Shown here: positions 21,286-30,231 of the stretch, one piece after another
Position numbering within the stretch: the first letter of the stretch is position 1
Layout of the letters: the number at the start of each line of letters is the position of its first letter
Origin: Candidatus Obscuribacterales bacterium
GTDB taxonomy: Bacteria > Cyanobacteriota > Vampirovibrionia > Obscuribacterales > Obscuribacteraceae
Assembly (NCBI GenBank): GCA_965228855.1
Contig: CBDDIJ010000005.1
Location: 1,472,001 to 1,536,000 of the forward strand
Direction of reading: 5' to 3'
Length of the DNA: 64,000 nt
Translations under genes and position numbers: made by a program
Notes under the pieces: generated by a model
Told to the model about the DNA's origin: nothing
Seen by the model: only the letters and a program-made list of their open reading frames with translations
Database searches by the model: none

Positions 21286-22815
21286 CTACGCGCTAGTCCT
21301 CTCGGTCGGAAAACGGCTTGCCGGAAGCGTTACCTTAAACGTCGATCCACGACCGACCGTCGATTCAACGTCAATCTTTCCGTAGTGCCTGGCAATAATT
21401 TCGTTCGTGATCGCCAGTCCAAGCCCGGAGCCACCGGCTTCCCGATTTCTCGATTTCTCGCCGCGATAGAACCGTTCAAAAATATGTGGCAGGTCATCCG
21501 CTGCGATTCCAGCACCAGTGTCCTGAATGATGACCTGAACACGCGAGTGATCAGACTCTTCCACCGTCATCGTCACTCGCCCACCAGACGGTGTGTAATT
21601 CACAGCGTTGCCGAGAAGATTGATGAATGCCCGCTGCAGCTGCTCTGAATTGCCTTTCAAGCGGAAACTATTTTGTGCAGTCGATTCCAACCACTCAGGC
21701 ACCACAAGCTCGATGTCCTTGTTTTGAGCCTGCGGTCGCACCTGATCGACAGCCTCGGCAAGAATATGGTCGAGCATTACTTCGTGCTGCCAATCGGTCA
21801 TGTCCATCGTCGACGAATCAAGTTTTGAAATATCCAGAAGATCTCTGATCAACAAAGTCTGGCGCTCCACCAGCTTTTCCAGAGACTTGAGAAACTTTGC
21901 TCTCAGTTCAGGATCTTCAGATGCGCCAGCGAGCATAGCGTCCACTACAGAGCCTATTGCCATCGTAGGTGTTTTCAACTCATGACTGGCGTTGGCGATA
22001 AACTCCTGCCGGAGCCGCTCTTGCTCACGCAGACGACCAATCATCTGGTTGAATGACAAACTCAATTCGCCGATCTCGTCCGATCTGTGAACGGGCAAGA
22101 AACTCGACAGATCGCCGGAAATCGAGATATTTTTCGCAAGCTTACTAATTTCCTTCACGGGACTATTAACTCTTGCTGCAAGCCAGAGACTGATGAGAAC
22201 CGTGATTACACCTGTCAGAAAGATCATCCCAAGGAACACAATCAGGTTGTACCGAAGACGTGTCTCAACTTCATTAGTCTGGACACCTACCCTGACTACC
22301 CCCGCAGTCATACCAGCAGATCTGATTGGAGAGGCGACGTAAAGCCAGTTCGTATTCGTCGAGCGAACATTTCTTCTGACGATCGCTGTGATGCCGGCGA
22401 GCGCGTCGTTGATTTCGGAATCGGAGGAGATGTTCTCTCCAGCGGGCGTTCCCTGCGACGAGCCAATCCCGTCCTCGTCAGGTCCGGAGTCAGCGAGAAC
22501 ATGTCCATCCTTATCTACAAGGGTAATTGCGAAACCATTTTTAGTGGCACGACGATCGACAGCTTCCTGAATGCGTTGACGCGAAGCCTTGGAATCAAGC
22601 GTCAGATCGCTGTCTATTTCAAGCGCGAGATTATTCCCCTCAACCTGAAGTTGGCGTTGCAACTCCGTTGTAGATTCAGCCTTGATTGTCAGTAGAGCCC
22701 AGAGACTTACGGCAAGAAGCGCAATAGTAATGATGAGCAAATACGTAAACAGAAGTTGGTTCGCCAGCGAGCTGAATAACCAACCTAAAACTCTGTTCTT
22801 TACTAGCGTTTTCAT
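21286..22815 (-). CDS. Membrane sensor histidine kinase (HAMP-HisKA-HATPase, PhoR/ResE-like)
   Basis: Two TMs, DEIGELSLSFNQM, ASHELKTP, NLLGNAVNY, FERFYRG, GSGLGL; start uncertain. Confidence 0.92.
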   Translation of the reverse strand: MKTLVKNRVLGWLFSSLANQLLFTYLLIITIALLAVSLWALLTIKAESTTELQRQLQVEGNNLALEIDSDLTLDSKASRQRIQEAVDRRATKNGFAITLVDKDGHVLADSGPDEDGIGSSQGTPAGENISSDSEINDALAGITAIVRRNVRSTNTNWLYVASPIRSAGMTAGVVRVGVQTNEVETRLRYNLIVFLGMIFLTGVITVLISLWLAARVNSPVKEISKLAKNISISGDLSSFLPVHRSDEIGELSLSFNQMIGRLREQERLRQEFIANASHELKTPTMAIGSVVDAMLAGASEDPELRAKFLKSLEKLVERQTLLIRDLLDISKLDSSTMDMTDWQHEVMLDHILAEAVDQVRPQAQNKDIELVVPEWLESTAQNSFRLKGNSEQLQRAFINLLGNAVNYTPSGGRVTMTVEESDHSRVQVIIQDTGAGIAADDLPHIFERFYRGEKSRNREAGGSGLGLAITNEIIARHYGKIDVESTVGRGSTFKVTLPASRFPTERTSA

Positions 22816-23135
22816 GCAGAATCGGTTTATGCCAGACGTTATTAGCGTGTGGAAACAAGTATCTTTTAGGAAACCAGTTTCTAAACGGAAACCGTTAACT
22901 ACTCCATCGTAACGTGAATTCACGCCGATTTATTTTTCTCACCAGATTTTTACGCTAGCCTGACATCGCCCACGTGACGGAGAATAGAGAGAGCTCGATA
23001 TTGTTTATCAGTCTTATGCACGAGAAAAACGATCCAGACGCTTAAGACAAAACGAGCTTTCTGTGGGAAACTGATGTTTTGTAACTATAATTCCGAAAAG
23101 GAAGGATAGTAGTAAGTTCTGGAGGTCTATACCGA

Positions 23136-23462
23136 ATGTCTACGGTGGCAAATGTAACCGATGCAACCTTCGAACAGGAAGTTCTGAAGGCTGATATCCC
23201 GGTTCTGGTAGACTTCTGGGCCCCTTGGTGTGGTCCTTGTAAGGCGGTAGCGCCTGTTGTAGAGGATTTGTCCAAGGATTTCGCAGGAAAGATCAAGGTA
23301 GTCAAATTGAATACCGATGAGAATCCTAAGACGGCTCAGGCGTATCACATAAGAGGCATTCCAAGCCTTTACCTGTTCAAATCCGGACAGGTTGTCGAAC
23401 AAGTGGTTGGAGCGGTTCCGAAGTCGACACTGGCTTCGGCGATCAACAAGCACGTAGGTTAA
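23136..23462 (+). CDS. trxA: Thioredoxin
   Basis: [27 protein letters not shown]. Confidence 0.96.
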   Translation: MSTVANVTDATFEQEVLKADIPVLVDFWAPWCGPCKAVAPVVEDLSKDFAGKIKVVKLNTDENPKTAQAYHIRGIPSLYLFKSGQVVEQVVGAVPKSTLASAINKHVG

Positions 23463-23534
23463 GACGAAGGCTCCCTGAATCAATTCGAATCCGCGTATCG
23501 ACGCGGGTCTGTTTTGACTTGATTGAGAAAAAAG

Positions 23535-24038
23535 ATGCCGCGCATAATCACGCAAACACTCACGGCACTGGCGACTCTCGTAGTCGCCAGCGCTTCTGTA
23601 CCCGCGGACTTCTTGGGAACCGCAATCGCAGCGGAAACCGACGGCAAGCTCATAGCCGCGAAGTCTAAGAAGAAGAACAAGTCCGACGGAGATGCATCCA
23701 AAGGCGGTTCGAACCCAGGTGGCGTGCTGGACGTCACCGACAAGACCTTCTCAAAGGAAGTCTTGAAATCCAGCAAACCAGTTCTCGTAGACTTCTGGGC
23801 TCCCTGGTGCGGTCCCTGCCGCATTCAAGGTCCCATAGTCGAAGAGACGGCTGCAGAGCTCGGTGGGAAGATGAAGTTCGTCAAACTCGACACCCAAACC
23901 AACCCCGAGGTCGCGTCGAAGTACGGTATCACCGGCATTCCCGCCATTTATGTGTTCAAGAAGGGAAGAGTCGTTGAACAGGTTGTCGGTCTGAGACCAA
24001 AAGAACAACTTTTGGAGCTCGTGAAAAAGCACATCTAG
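23535..24038 (+). CDS. Thioredoxin with N-terminal signal/anchor and Lys-rich linker
   Basis: Hydrophobic N-terminus ending [20 protein letters not shown]. Confidence 0.9.
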   Translation: MPRIITQTLTALATLVVASASVPADFLGTAIAAETDGKLIAAKSKKKNKSDGDASKGGSNPGGVLDVTDKTFSKEVLKSSKPVLVDFWAPWCGPCRIQGPIVEETAAELGGKMKFVKLDTQTNPEVASKYGITGIPAIYVFKKGRVVEQVVGLRPKEQLLELVKKHI

Positions 24039-24092
24039 ATTGACGCTCGCAAGAGCAATTCACAAACATACTACACAAGGGGAACGAAGGTT

Positions 24093-24617
24093 ATGAACTC
24101 AAACAAGGTTTCGGCAGCAACGTTGCTGGCTTGTTCACTCCTGGTCACAGGATTTCTCGCTCCTGATGCCGCGCTCGCAAAGAAGAAAGCGAAACGCGCA
24201 GTTAGCCAAGGCAACGATATCGTTGAAACAGCTAAGAAAGACGGTTCATTCAAGAACTTGAGCGAAGGTCTTTCGTCCACCGGCCTGTCGAAAACCTTGA
24301 AGTCCAAAGGACCTTTCACTGTTTTCGCTCCTAACGATGAAGCATTCGGCAAGCTTCCCAAAGACAAGAGAGAAGCACTTCTCAAAGATCCTAACGTTCT
24401 CAAATACCACGTAGTCAAAGGTATCGTTCCTGCCGACGCGCTCAAAGAAAAGCGCTCAGTAGCCACGGTTCAAGGCGAGTCGTTGATGGTTGACACCAAA
24501 AACGACGGCGAAGTCATCGTCGTTGACGGCGCTATCGTCACGAAGCCCGACATCAAATGCAGCAATGGGGTTATCCACGTAGTTGACTTCGTGCTTGTAC
24601 CAGAGCGCGGTAAGTAA
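24093..24617 (+). CDS. Secreted fasciclin (FAS1) domain protein
   Basis: Signal peptide; GPFTVFAPNDEAF, LKYHVV, NGVIHVVDFVL. Confidence 0.94.
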   Translation: MNSNKVSAATLLACSLLVTGFLAPDAALAKKKAKRAVSQGNDIVETAKKDGSFKNLSEGLSSTGLSKTLKSKGPFTVFAPNDEAFGKLPKDKREALLKDPNVLKYHVVKGIVPADALKEKRSVATVQGESLMVDTKNDGEVIVVDGAIVTKPDIKCSNGVIHVVDFVLVPERGK

Positions 24618-24655
24618 ATAGAAGCGTGCACGGAAACACTGCATATGGGAATATT

Positions 24656-24686
24656 AAGGTAGGTCGCAAGACCTACCTTTGTTTTT
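24656..24686 (+). terminator. Rho-independent terminator after the fasciclin gene
   Basis: AAGGTAGGTC-GCAA-GACCTACCTT followed by TGTTTTT. Confidence 0.85.
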
Positions 24687-24700
24687 ATTGAGGGAAGTCC

Positions 24701-25240
24701 ATGAAAGAAATGTTCGTTGCCTTCATCATCGCGTTGGTGGCAGGTAGCGTTTGGAATGGCATGAGAGGCGACCAAAACCTCGGAGCTCTTGGTGACACCA
24801 TGAGCGGTGCCGCTGGCGGCATCGCTGGAGGAGGAGCGCCTGCAGCGTCCCCAAATTTAGAACCGAGCCCGCAATCGCTGGCTGGCCAACAGATAATTGC
24901 GGACGTGGATGAAGGCAGTTTTCAGGGAATTGTATTGGATTCAAACGAACCTGTGCTCGTGGAGTTCTACACAGACAATTGCCCGCACTGCAAAAAGATG
25001 GCGCCCGTGCTTGGTCAGCTTGCCTACAATGGTCAAGGTGTAGTGACTCTTTGCAAAATCAACGCAGCCAAGGCGACCTCAATAGCTGAAAGATACAATG
25101 TTTTGGGAGTACCAGCTTTCGCACTTTTCGTAGATGGTCACTTGATTGATTCGACTTCAGGTGCACGAACATTTGAAGATCTTCGAAGTTGGCTCAGCAT
25201 CAATAACGTATCGGTCCCGGCCGTTGCTCCACAATCATAA
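24701..25240 (+). CDS. Membrane-anchored thioredoxin-family protein, CPHC active site
   Basis: N-terminal TM, Gly/Ala/Pro linker, VLVEFYTDNCPHCKKM, VLGVP. Confidence 0.88.
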   Translation: MKEMFVAFIIALVAGSVWNGMRGDQNLGALGDTMSGAAGGIAGGGAPAASPNLEPSPQSLAGQQIIADVDEGSFQGIVLDSNEPVLVEFYTDNCPHCKKMAPVLGQLAYNGQGVVTLCKINAAKATSIAERYNVLGVPAFALFVDGHLIDSTSGARTFEDLRSWLSINNVSVPAVAPQS

Positions 25241-25343
25241 CGTCAAAGAAAAGTTCGAGATGACGGACAGAAGCGTCAAACGGAGTTACGATTAAGGGAA
25301 ACAGATAGGTCTACCGTCATAGAGACGCAGGAGCAGATAATCA

Positions 25344-25598
25344 ATGAGACGGGCGTTTATATTTGCATTCCTATTTGCCCTTGTGGTGTCGTGCGCGTTC
25401 GGACAGACGGCCCATTATAGTTACGGCGTACGCGTTTCTGATGTCATCAACAATCCAAACTACCCAGGGAAGATCGAAGAATGGCAAATTGGCGAAATCG
25501 ATATCAAGGATCAGAATGCACCGAATAGATTGATTACGGGAGTAGCGGAAAACGGCGACAGGGCACGCACACCATTTCCTTTCCGTATGAATAATTAG
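25344..25598 (+). CDS. Small exported/membrane protein, weakly like the FtsH periplasmic domain
   Basis: AGGAG RBS, signal-like MRRAFIFAFLFALVVSCAFG; GKIEEWQI..ITGVAENGDRARTPFP. Confidence 0.6.
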   Translation: MRRAFIFAFLFALVVSCAFGQTAHYSYGVRVSDVINNPNYPGKIEEWQIGEIDIKDQNAPNRLITGVAENGDRARTPFPFRMNN

Positions 25599-25628
25599 AG
25601 ACCCAGTCAGCAACAAGGAAAAACGCAA

Positions 25629-28600
25629 ATGAAAACGTGGGCTAGATGGACGCTGTTAGTACTATGGACGGTGCTGCTGATTGTAACGTCAGAGTACTGG
25701 AATCCGTTCACATCATTCCCTGCTCTGGCGAAATATTCCATCACGGCCGTAGTATCTTCAGCCATATTCGGCGTTTTAGTGATGATTGCGCAGTTCTTCA
25801 TACTGATAGCAGTCATTTTTCCGCTCCCTCCTCGGGCTGACTCGAAAGCAAAAAAAACAATTCTCAGAAAGATGTTTTCGTTCGTGTTCAAGGATCCACC
25901 GATTAGTCCAAAAGCGCCGAAACTACTCGACGAGTTGATTGGAAACGAGAAAGCGAAAACAGAAATTCGCGAAGTAATCGACATGCTTAAGAATCGGGAA
26001 CACTATGTCGCTTCAGGTGCCGAAGTTCCGAAAGGTATGCTTTTCATTGGTCAGCCTGGAGTCGGCAAAACCTTATTTGCAAGAGCTATTGCGAATGAGG
26101 CGGACATTCCATTCTATGTCGTCGAAGGGAGTGCATTTAGTGGCGTCATCTACGGCTTAGGTGTCTTCAAACTAAAAACCCTTTTTCGAAAACTCCGTGA
26201 GCACAAGCAAGCAATCCTGTTCATAGATGAAATTGAATCTATGGGTTCGAGAAGAAAAGAAGACCGAGGAATGGGTGCTCAAGCGGATCAAAACATCACG
26301 CTTAACACATTGCTTACGGAAATGGATGGTTTCCACGGAAGTCGTTTGCTGATTATCGGAGCCACCAACAATGACTCAATGCTCGATCCGGCTCTTATGC
26401 GTGCAGGACGGATGGAACGTCGCATTTACTTCCAACCCCCCACAGGTACGGAGCGAAAGCAACTTCTCAAATACTACATAGGAAAAGTCGCCCATGCGGA
26501 CGACATTGACTACGATGAAATCGTTGAGTTGACAGCGAATTACAGCCCCGCCGAAATCTCCAGTGTGGTTAACGAAGCCGCACTCGTTTCACGCAGACCG
26601 GGTGGCGAAAACAAGGTCACGACCACAGCTCTGAAATTGGCGCTGGAGAATGTTACCGTGGGCACTGAAAGGACCTTAACTTCCGGTGTTGAGCTCATTG
26701 CTCACGATCCGACTATAAGGTTTGACGACGTGATTGGTATCGATGACGTAAAACAAGACCTAGTTGAGATCGTTGATTTTCTAAAACGGGGAGATGACCT
26801 TAGAAAAATTGGCGCGAAGATTCCGAAAGGCGTCATCATGATCGGACCACCTGGAGTAGGAAAGACTCTTCTGGCCAAAGCCATCGCAAACGAGGCTGGC
26901 GTGCCATTTTATGGACTATCTGCAAGCTACTTCTCTAGCTTCCTCGCCGGGGAAGGCGCCGCACGTATTCGTGCTTTATACAACCAAGCCAGAAAGAACC
27001 CGGCATCAATTGTATTTATTGACGAGATTGACGCCGTCGGTGGAACAATGACCGAGACCGGGACCAAACGCACAACCGAACTAAATCAAATACTGGTTGA
27101 GCTCGATGGCATAGGACGCAGCAACGTAATAACCCTGGCCGCAACTAACGCTGAGCAAAATCTCGATCCTGCGTTCATGAGGTCCGGGCGATTCGATCGC
27201 AAAGTATACGTTGGACTTCCGGATTCAAAATCGAGAAAGGCTATGTTTACTCGGTATCTATCGAAAGTAAAAATGGCGGCAGAGGTCGATTTAGACAGAC
27301 TTGCTAAAGCCTCATTCAACTTCTCTGGAGCTGACGTGGCAGCGTGCGTGAACGAAGCAGCAATGCTCGCTGTGAGAAGCGGAAAAACTGAGGTTGATCA
27401 AGAGTCTCTGGAAGAAGCGGCGATAAAAGTTTCAGCGACCGCCGGCCATAAGCTGAATACAACTGGTATCAGTATGTCTAAAGTGCCTGACTTAGAAGTA
27501 AAGTTGGATGACTTGAAGGGCATCGACGAGGCGAAAGCAGAGGCTGCAGAAGTTGTTGCGCTCTTGAAAAACGCACATATCGTTGAAAAAAGCGGTCTTA
27601 AGTCGCCCAAGGGCATTCTCCTTTCAGGACCACCTGGAACCGGTAAGACCATGCTAGCCAAGGCAATCGCTAATGAGGCAGGCGTACCGATTTATGCTCT
27701 ATCCGGTACGGATTTCGTTCAAGTACTCGTCGGTCTAGGTGCTCAGCGTGTTCGGGCCGTGTACGAGATGGCAAGACGAAGTGGCAAACCAGCTATCGTT
27801 TTCATCGATGAGATTGATGCAATTGGAAGCAAACGAGCACATGACACTGGCGGTGGGGGACAAAACGAGGTAAACCGCACCCTTAATCAGTTATTGACGG
27901 AGATGGACGGCTTTGGAAAACATAAAGTGTTGACCATCGGTGCAACGAACGCTCCGGATATGCTCGATCCGGCTCTATTACGCGCGGGAAGGTTTGATCG
28001 AGTCATCGACGTACCTCTTCCCAACCTGGAAGGCCGTGAAGGAATTCTTCATCACTACTTGAAGAACCTTCAACTCGACGCGTCCGTCAACATTTTGGAA
28101 ATCGCCAGGATGACCGTATTTTCGGCAGGCGCAGAACTAGCGAGCATAGTGAACGAAGCTGGATTAATCGCAATTCGTCACGGTCGTTTGAAAATCACTC
28201 AACCAGATATGATTCAAGCAATTCAAAGGGTGCGCTTTGGATTAAATCGCAGCCAACATATCAGTCTTAGAGATCTTTGGGAAACCGCCTACCATGAAGC
28301 TGGACACACGATGGTGGCGTATTATCGAGACCAACTAGAACGCATTCAAGTCGTGACTATCATTCCCACGGGGCGAGCTTTGGGATACATGTGGTCGGTG
28401 GCTAAAGATGACCGTTTTCATCACTCACCGAATAAACACGAATTGCTAGTGGACATCGAAGTAAGTTTAGGCGGCTATGTCGCCGAGCACATGCGTATGG
28501 AGACTAACACCGCCGGAGTGAGCGCAGACCTGGACAACGTAGCTCGTGTCGCAGCTTCCATGATTCGGGAATACGGCATGGGTTCCTTCAAGTTCAACAC

Positions 28601-29006
28601 ATACACAGCGATTTCGAATCCATCAGCGGAAACTAGTAGAGAGATTGAGCTTGAAATTAAGTCTATCGTAGACGGTTGCCTGGAGAACGTAGAAAATCTG
28701 ATTCGCACAAAACGAGCGGAGCTAGATAGGCTCGCTACGGCTCTGGTCGAGAAAGAGACTCTGTATTATGCTGATATTGTGCAAATTCTCGAACCGACGA
28801 AGACAAACGAAGAAATTCAAAGAGAGGTCGAAGCTGTGTCAGAGCGAAAACTCGTCGGTAAGAGACCTGTGATTGACATGGACTTTCTAGCTGGAGTTTC
28901 GAGCATTGGACGAAACGGAAAAAACGGCTCCAACGGAACCGGGCTAAACCCACTTGGTCTACCGGACACAGATATCGACTTGAACAATCGGGATGGTAAT
29001 AGCTAG
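25629..29006 (+). CDS. FtsH-like ATP-dependent zinc metalloprotease with three tandem AAA+ modules
   Basis: N-terminal TMs; Walker A at aa 141, 406, 667, each with hhFIDE and an SRH (LDPAxxRxGR); M41 domain TAYHEAGH, LGGYVAE, GVSADL. Confidence 0.93.
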   Translation: MKTWARWTLLVLWTVLLIVTSEYWNPFTSFPALAKYSITAVVSSAIFGVLVMIAQFFILIAVIFPLPPRADSKAKKTILRKMFSFVFKDPPISPKAPKLLDELIGNEKAKTEIREVIDMLKNREHYVASGAEVPKGMLFIGQPGVGKTLFARAIANEADIPFYVVEGSAFSGVIYGLGVFKLKTLFRKLREHKQAILFIDEIESMGSRRKEDRGMGAQADQNITLNTLLTEMDGFHGSRLLIIGATNNDSMLDPALMRAGRMERRIYFQPPTGTERKQLLKYYIGKVAHADDIDYDEIVELTANYSPAEISSVVNEAALVSRRPGGENKVTTTALKLALENVTVGTERTLTSGVELIAHDPTIRFDDVIGIDDVKQDLVEIVDFLKRGDDLRKIGAKIPKGVIMIGPPGVGKTLLAKAIANEAGVPFYGLSASYFSSFLAGEGAARIRALYNQARKNPASIVFIDEIDAVGGTMTETGTKRTTELNQILVELDGIGRSNVITLAATNAEQNLDPAFMRSGRFDRKVYVGLPDSKSRKAMFTRYLSKVKMAAEVDLDRLAKASFNFSGADVAACVNEAAMLAVRSGKTEVDQESLEEAAIKVSATAGHKLNTTGISMSKVPDLEVKLDDLKGIDEAKAEAAEVVALLKNAHIVEKSGLKSPKGILLSGPPGTGKTMLAKAIANEAGVPIYALSGTDFVQVLVGLGAQRVRAVYEMARRSGKPAIVFIDEIDAIGSKRAHDTGGGGQNEVNRTLNQLLTEMDGFGKHKVLTIGATNAPDMLDPALLRAGRFDRVIDVPLPNLEGREGILHHYLKNLQLDASVNILEIARMTVFSAGAELASIVNEAGLIAIRHGRLKITQPDMIQAIQRVRFGLNRSQHISLRDLWETAYHEAGHTMVAYYRDQLERIQVVTIIPTGRALGYMWSVAKDDRFHHSPNKHELLVDIEVSLGGYVAEHMRMETNTAGVSADLDNVARVAASMIREYGMGSFKFNTYTAISNPSAETSREIELEIKSIVDGCLENVENLIRTKRAELDRLATALVEKETLYYADIVQILEPTKTNEEIQREVEAVSERKLVGKRPVIDMDFLAGVSSIGRNGKNGSNGTGLNPLGLPDTDIDLNNRDGNS

Positions 29007-30192
29007 CGTGGTGCGTCCAGCATCACTCAAGTTTGGCTATTTAGCTTTATGTTGGTTCGCCTCGTCCCTAAATTCACCTACGTTCGCGAATAGTCTGACC
29101 GTAGCGAAGGTAGAACCTTTCAACCTTACCAGCGCCTTTCGCTCCCACCCGGGACCCTGGAGCGGCGCTGACGGCGCCTATTCCATACGGTTGAACGACG
29201 GCACGGCGATATGGACGTTCGGCGACACCTTCATCGGCAAGGTAGAGAACAACAAGCGTTCCGCAGATACGAAGATGGTCAACAACACGGCTGCGATTCA
29301 ATCATCGCAATCGCTGGACCTGCAATTCATCTGGTCGGGAACGAAAGAAAAACCGTTCTCCCTCTGGCGACCGACGGAGCCGGACACCTATTACTGGCCG
29401 GGTGATGGTATCGCTTTTGATGGCAAACTGTTTTTGTTTTTACACAAGATAAAAACGGACAAGACTCGGCCGGAACCGTTTCAATTTAGAACGCTGACTG
29501 ACACAATTGTTCGCATCGATAATCCGCTCGACAAGCCTGATCAATGGCGGATGAAGTATACGGAACTGGGCAACGATGCCGAGAAGCTGCAGTTCGGCAC
29601 TGCCACTATCAGCGATGGCAACTACGTCATGGTATTTTGCAGCTACCCGACCCGGAGAGAAGGACTGAATATTCACCCGGTGATTCTTGCCAGAATTCCA
29701 AAAGACAGTCTGCAAGCGCTAAAGGTTTCAGACTTTGAGTATTATTGTTCGAAAAATGAAAACGATGAAGTAACGTTTTTCTGGTCCAAGCAGGCTAAGG
29801 ATCCGTTTATTCTATTCAGCGACGGCGCGCCAGAAATGTCAGTCACAAAACTGTCCGGTATCGGCGGAGAACCGCAGCATTCGACTAAGAACGATGGCAC
29901 CTTAGACCGTTATGTGATCGTATACATGCCGCCTTTGACTCGAGAAATTGCCATTCGCCAGGCACGAAAACTGACCGGGCCGTGGAGCGAAAAAATAAAA
30001 ATCTACGATTGCCCTGAGAAAGATCCGGAAATTTTTCAGTACAGCGCCAAGATGCACCAGGAGCTCGCGAAACAGCCTGGAGAGCTGATTATCACTTATT
30101 GCAGAAACGCTAAAAACTTCCAGACGCACTTCGACAACGCATCGGTTTATTACCCGCAAGCAATTCGCGTGCAGCTCAAAACTGGCGATTGA
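28993..30192 (+). CDS. Secreted DUF4185/DUF5005-like beta-propeller protein
   Basis: WSGADGAYSI, WTFGDTFIG, YYWPGDG, LTGPWS, YSAKMH; overlaps the protease stop by 14 nt. Confidence 0.75.
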   Translation: MVIASVVRPASLKFGYLALCWFASSLNSPTFANSLTVAKVEPFNLTSAFRSHPGPWSGADGAYSIRLNDGTAIWTFGDTFIGKVENNKRSADTKMVNNTAAIQSSQSLDLQFIWSGTKEKPFSLWRPTEPDTYYWPGDGIAFDGKLFLFLHKIKTDKTRPEPFQFRTLTDTIVRIDNPLDKPDQWRMKYTELGNDAEKLQFGTATISDGNYVMVFCSYPTRREGLNIHPVILARIPKDSLQALKVSDFEYYCSKNENDEVTFFWSKQAKDPFILFSDGAPEMSVTKLSGIGGEPQHSTKNDGTLDRYVIVYMPPLTREIAIRQARKLTGPWSEKIKIYDCPEKDPEIFQYSAKMHQELAKQPGELIITYCRNAKNFQTHFDNASVYYPQAIRVQLKTGD

Positions 30193-30231
30193 GCGCAACT
30201 GTTTTTCCCTGAAAGAACAGCAGTAGCTTCG

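Noticed and set aside
23375..23384. tRNA T-loop-like GTTCAAATCC
   Set aside because: Inside trxA coding sequence, no cloverleaf
25596..25598. Recoded TAG (alternative genetic code)
   Set aside because: TAG ends many ordinary genes here, the downstream ATG has its own RBS, and a fusion would probably invert membrane topology
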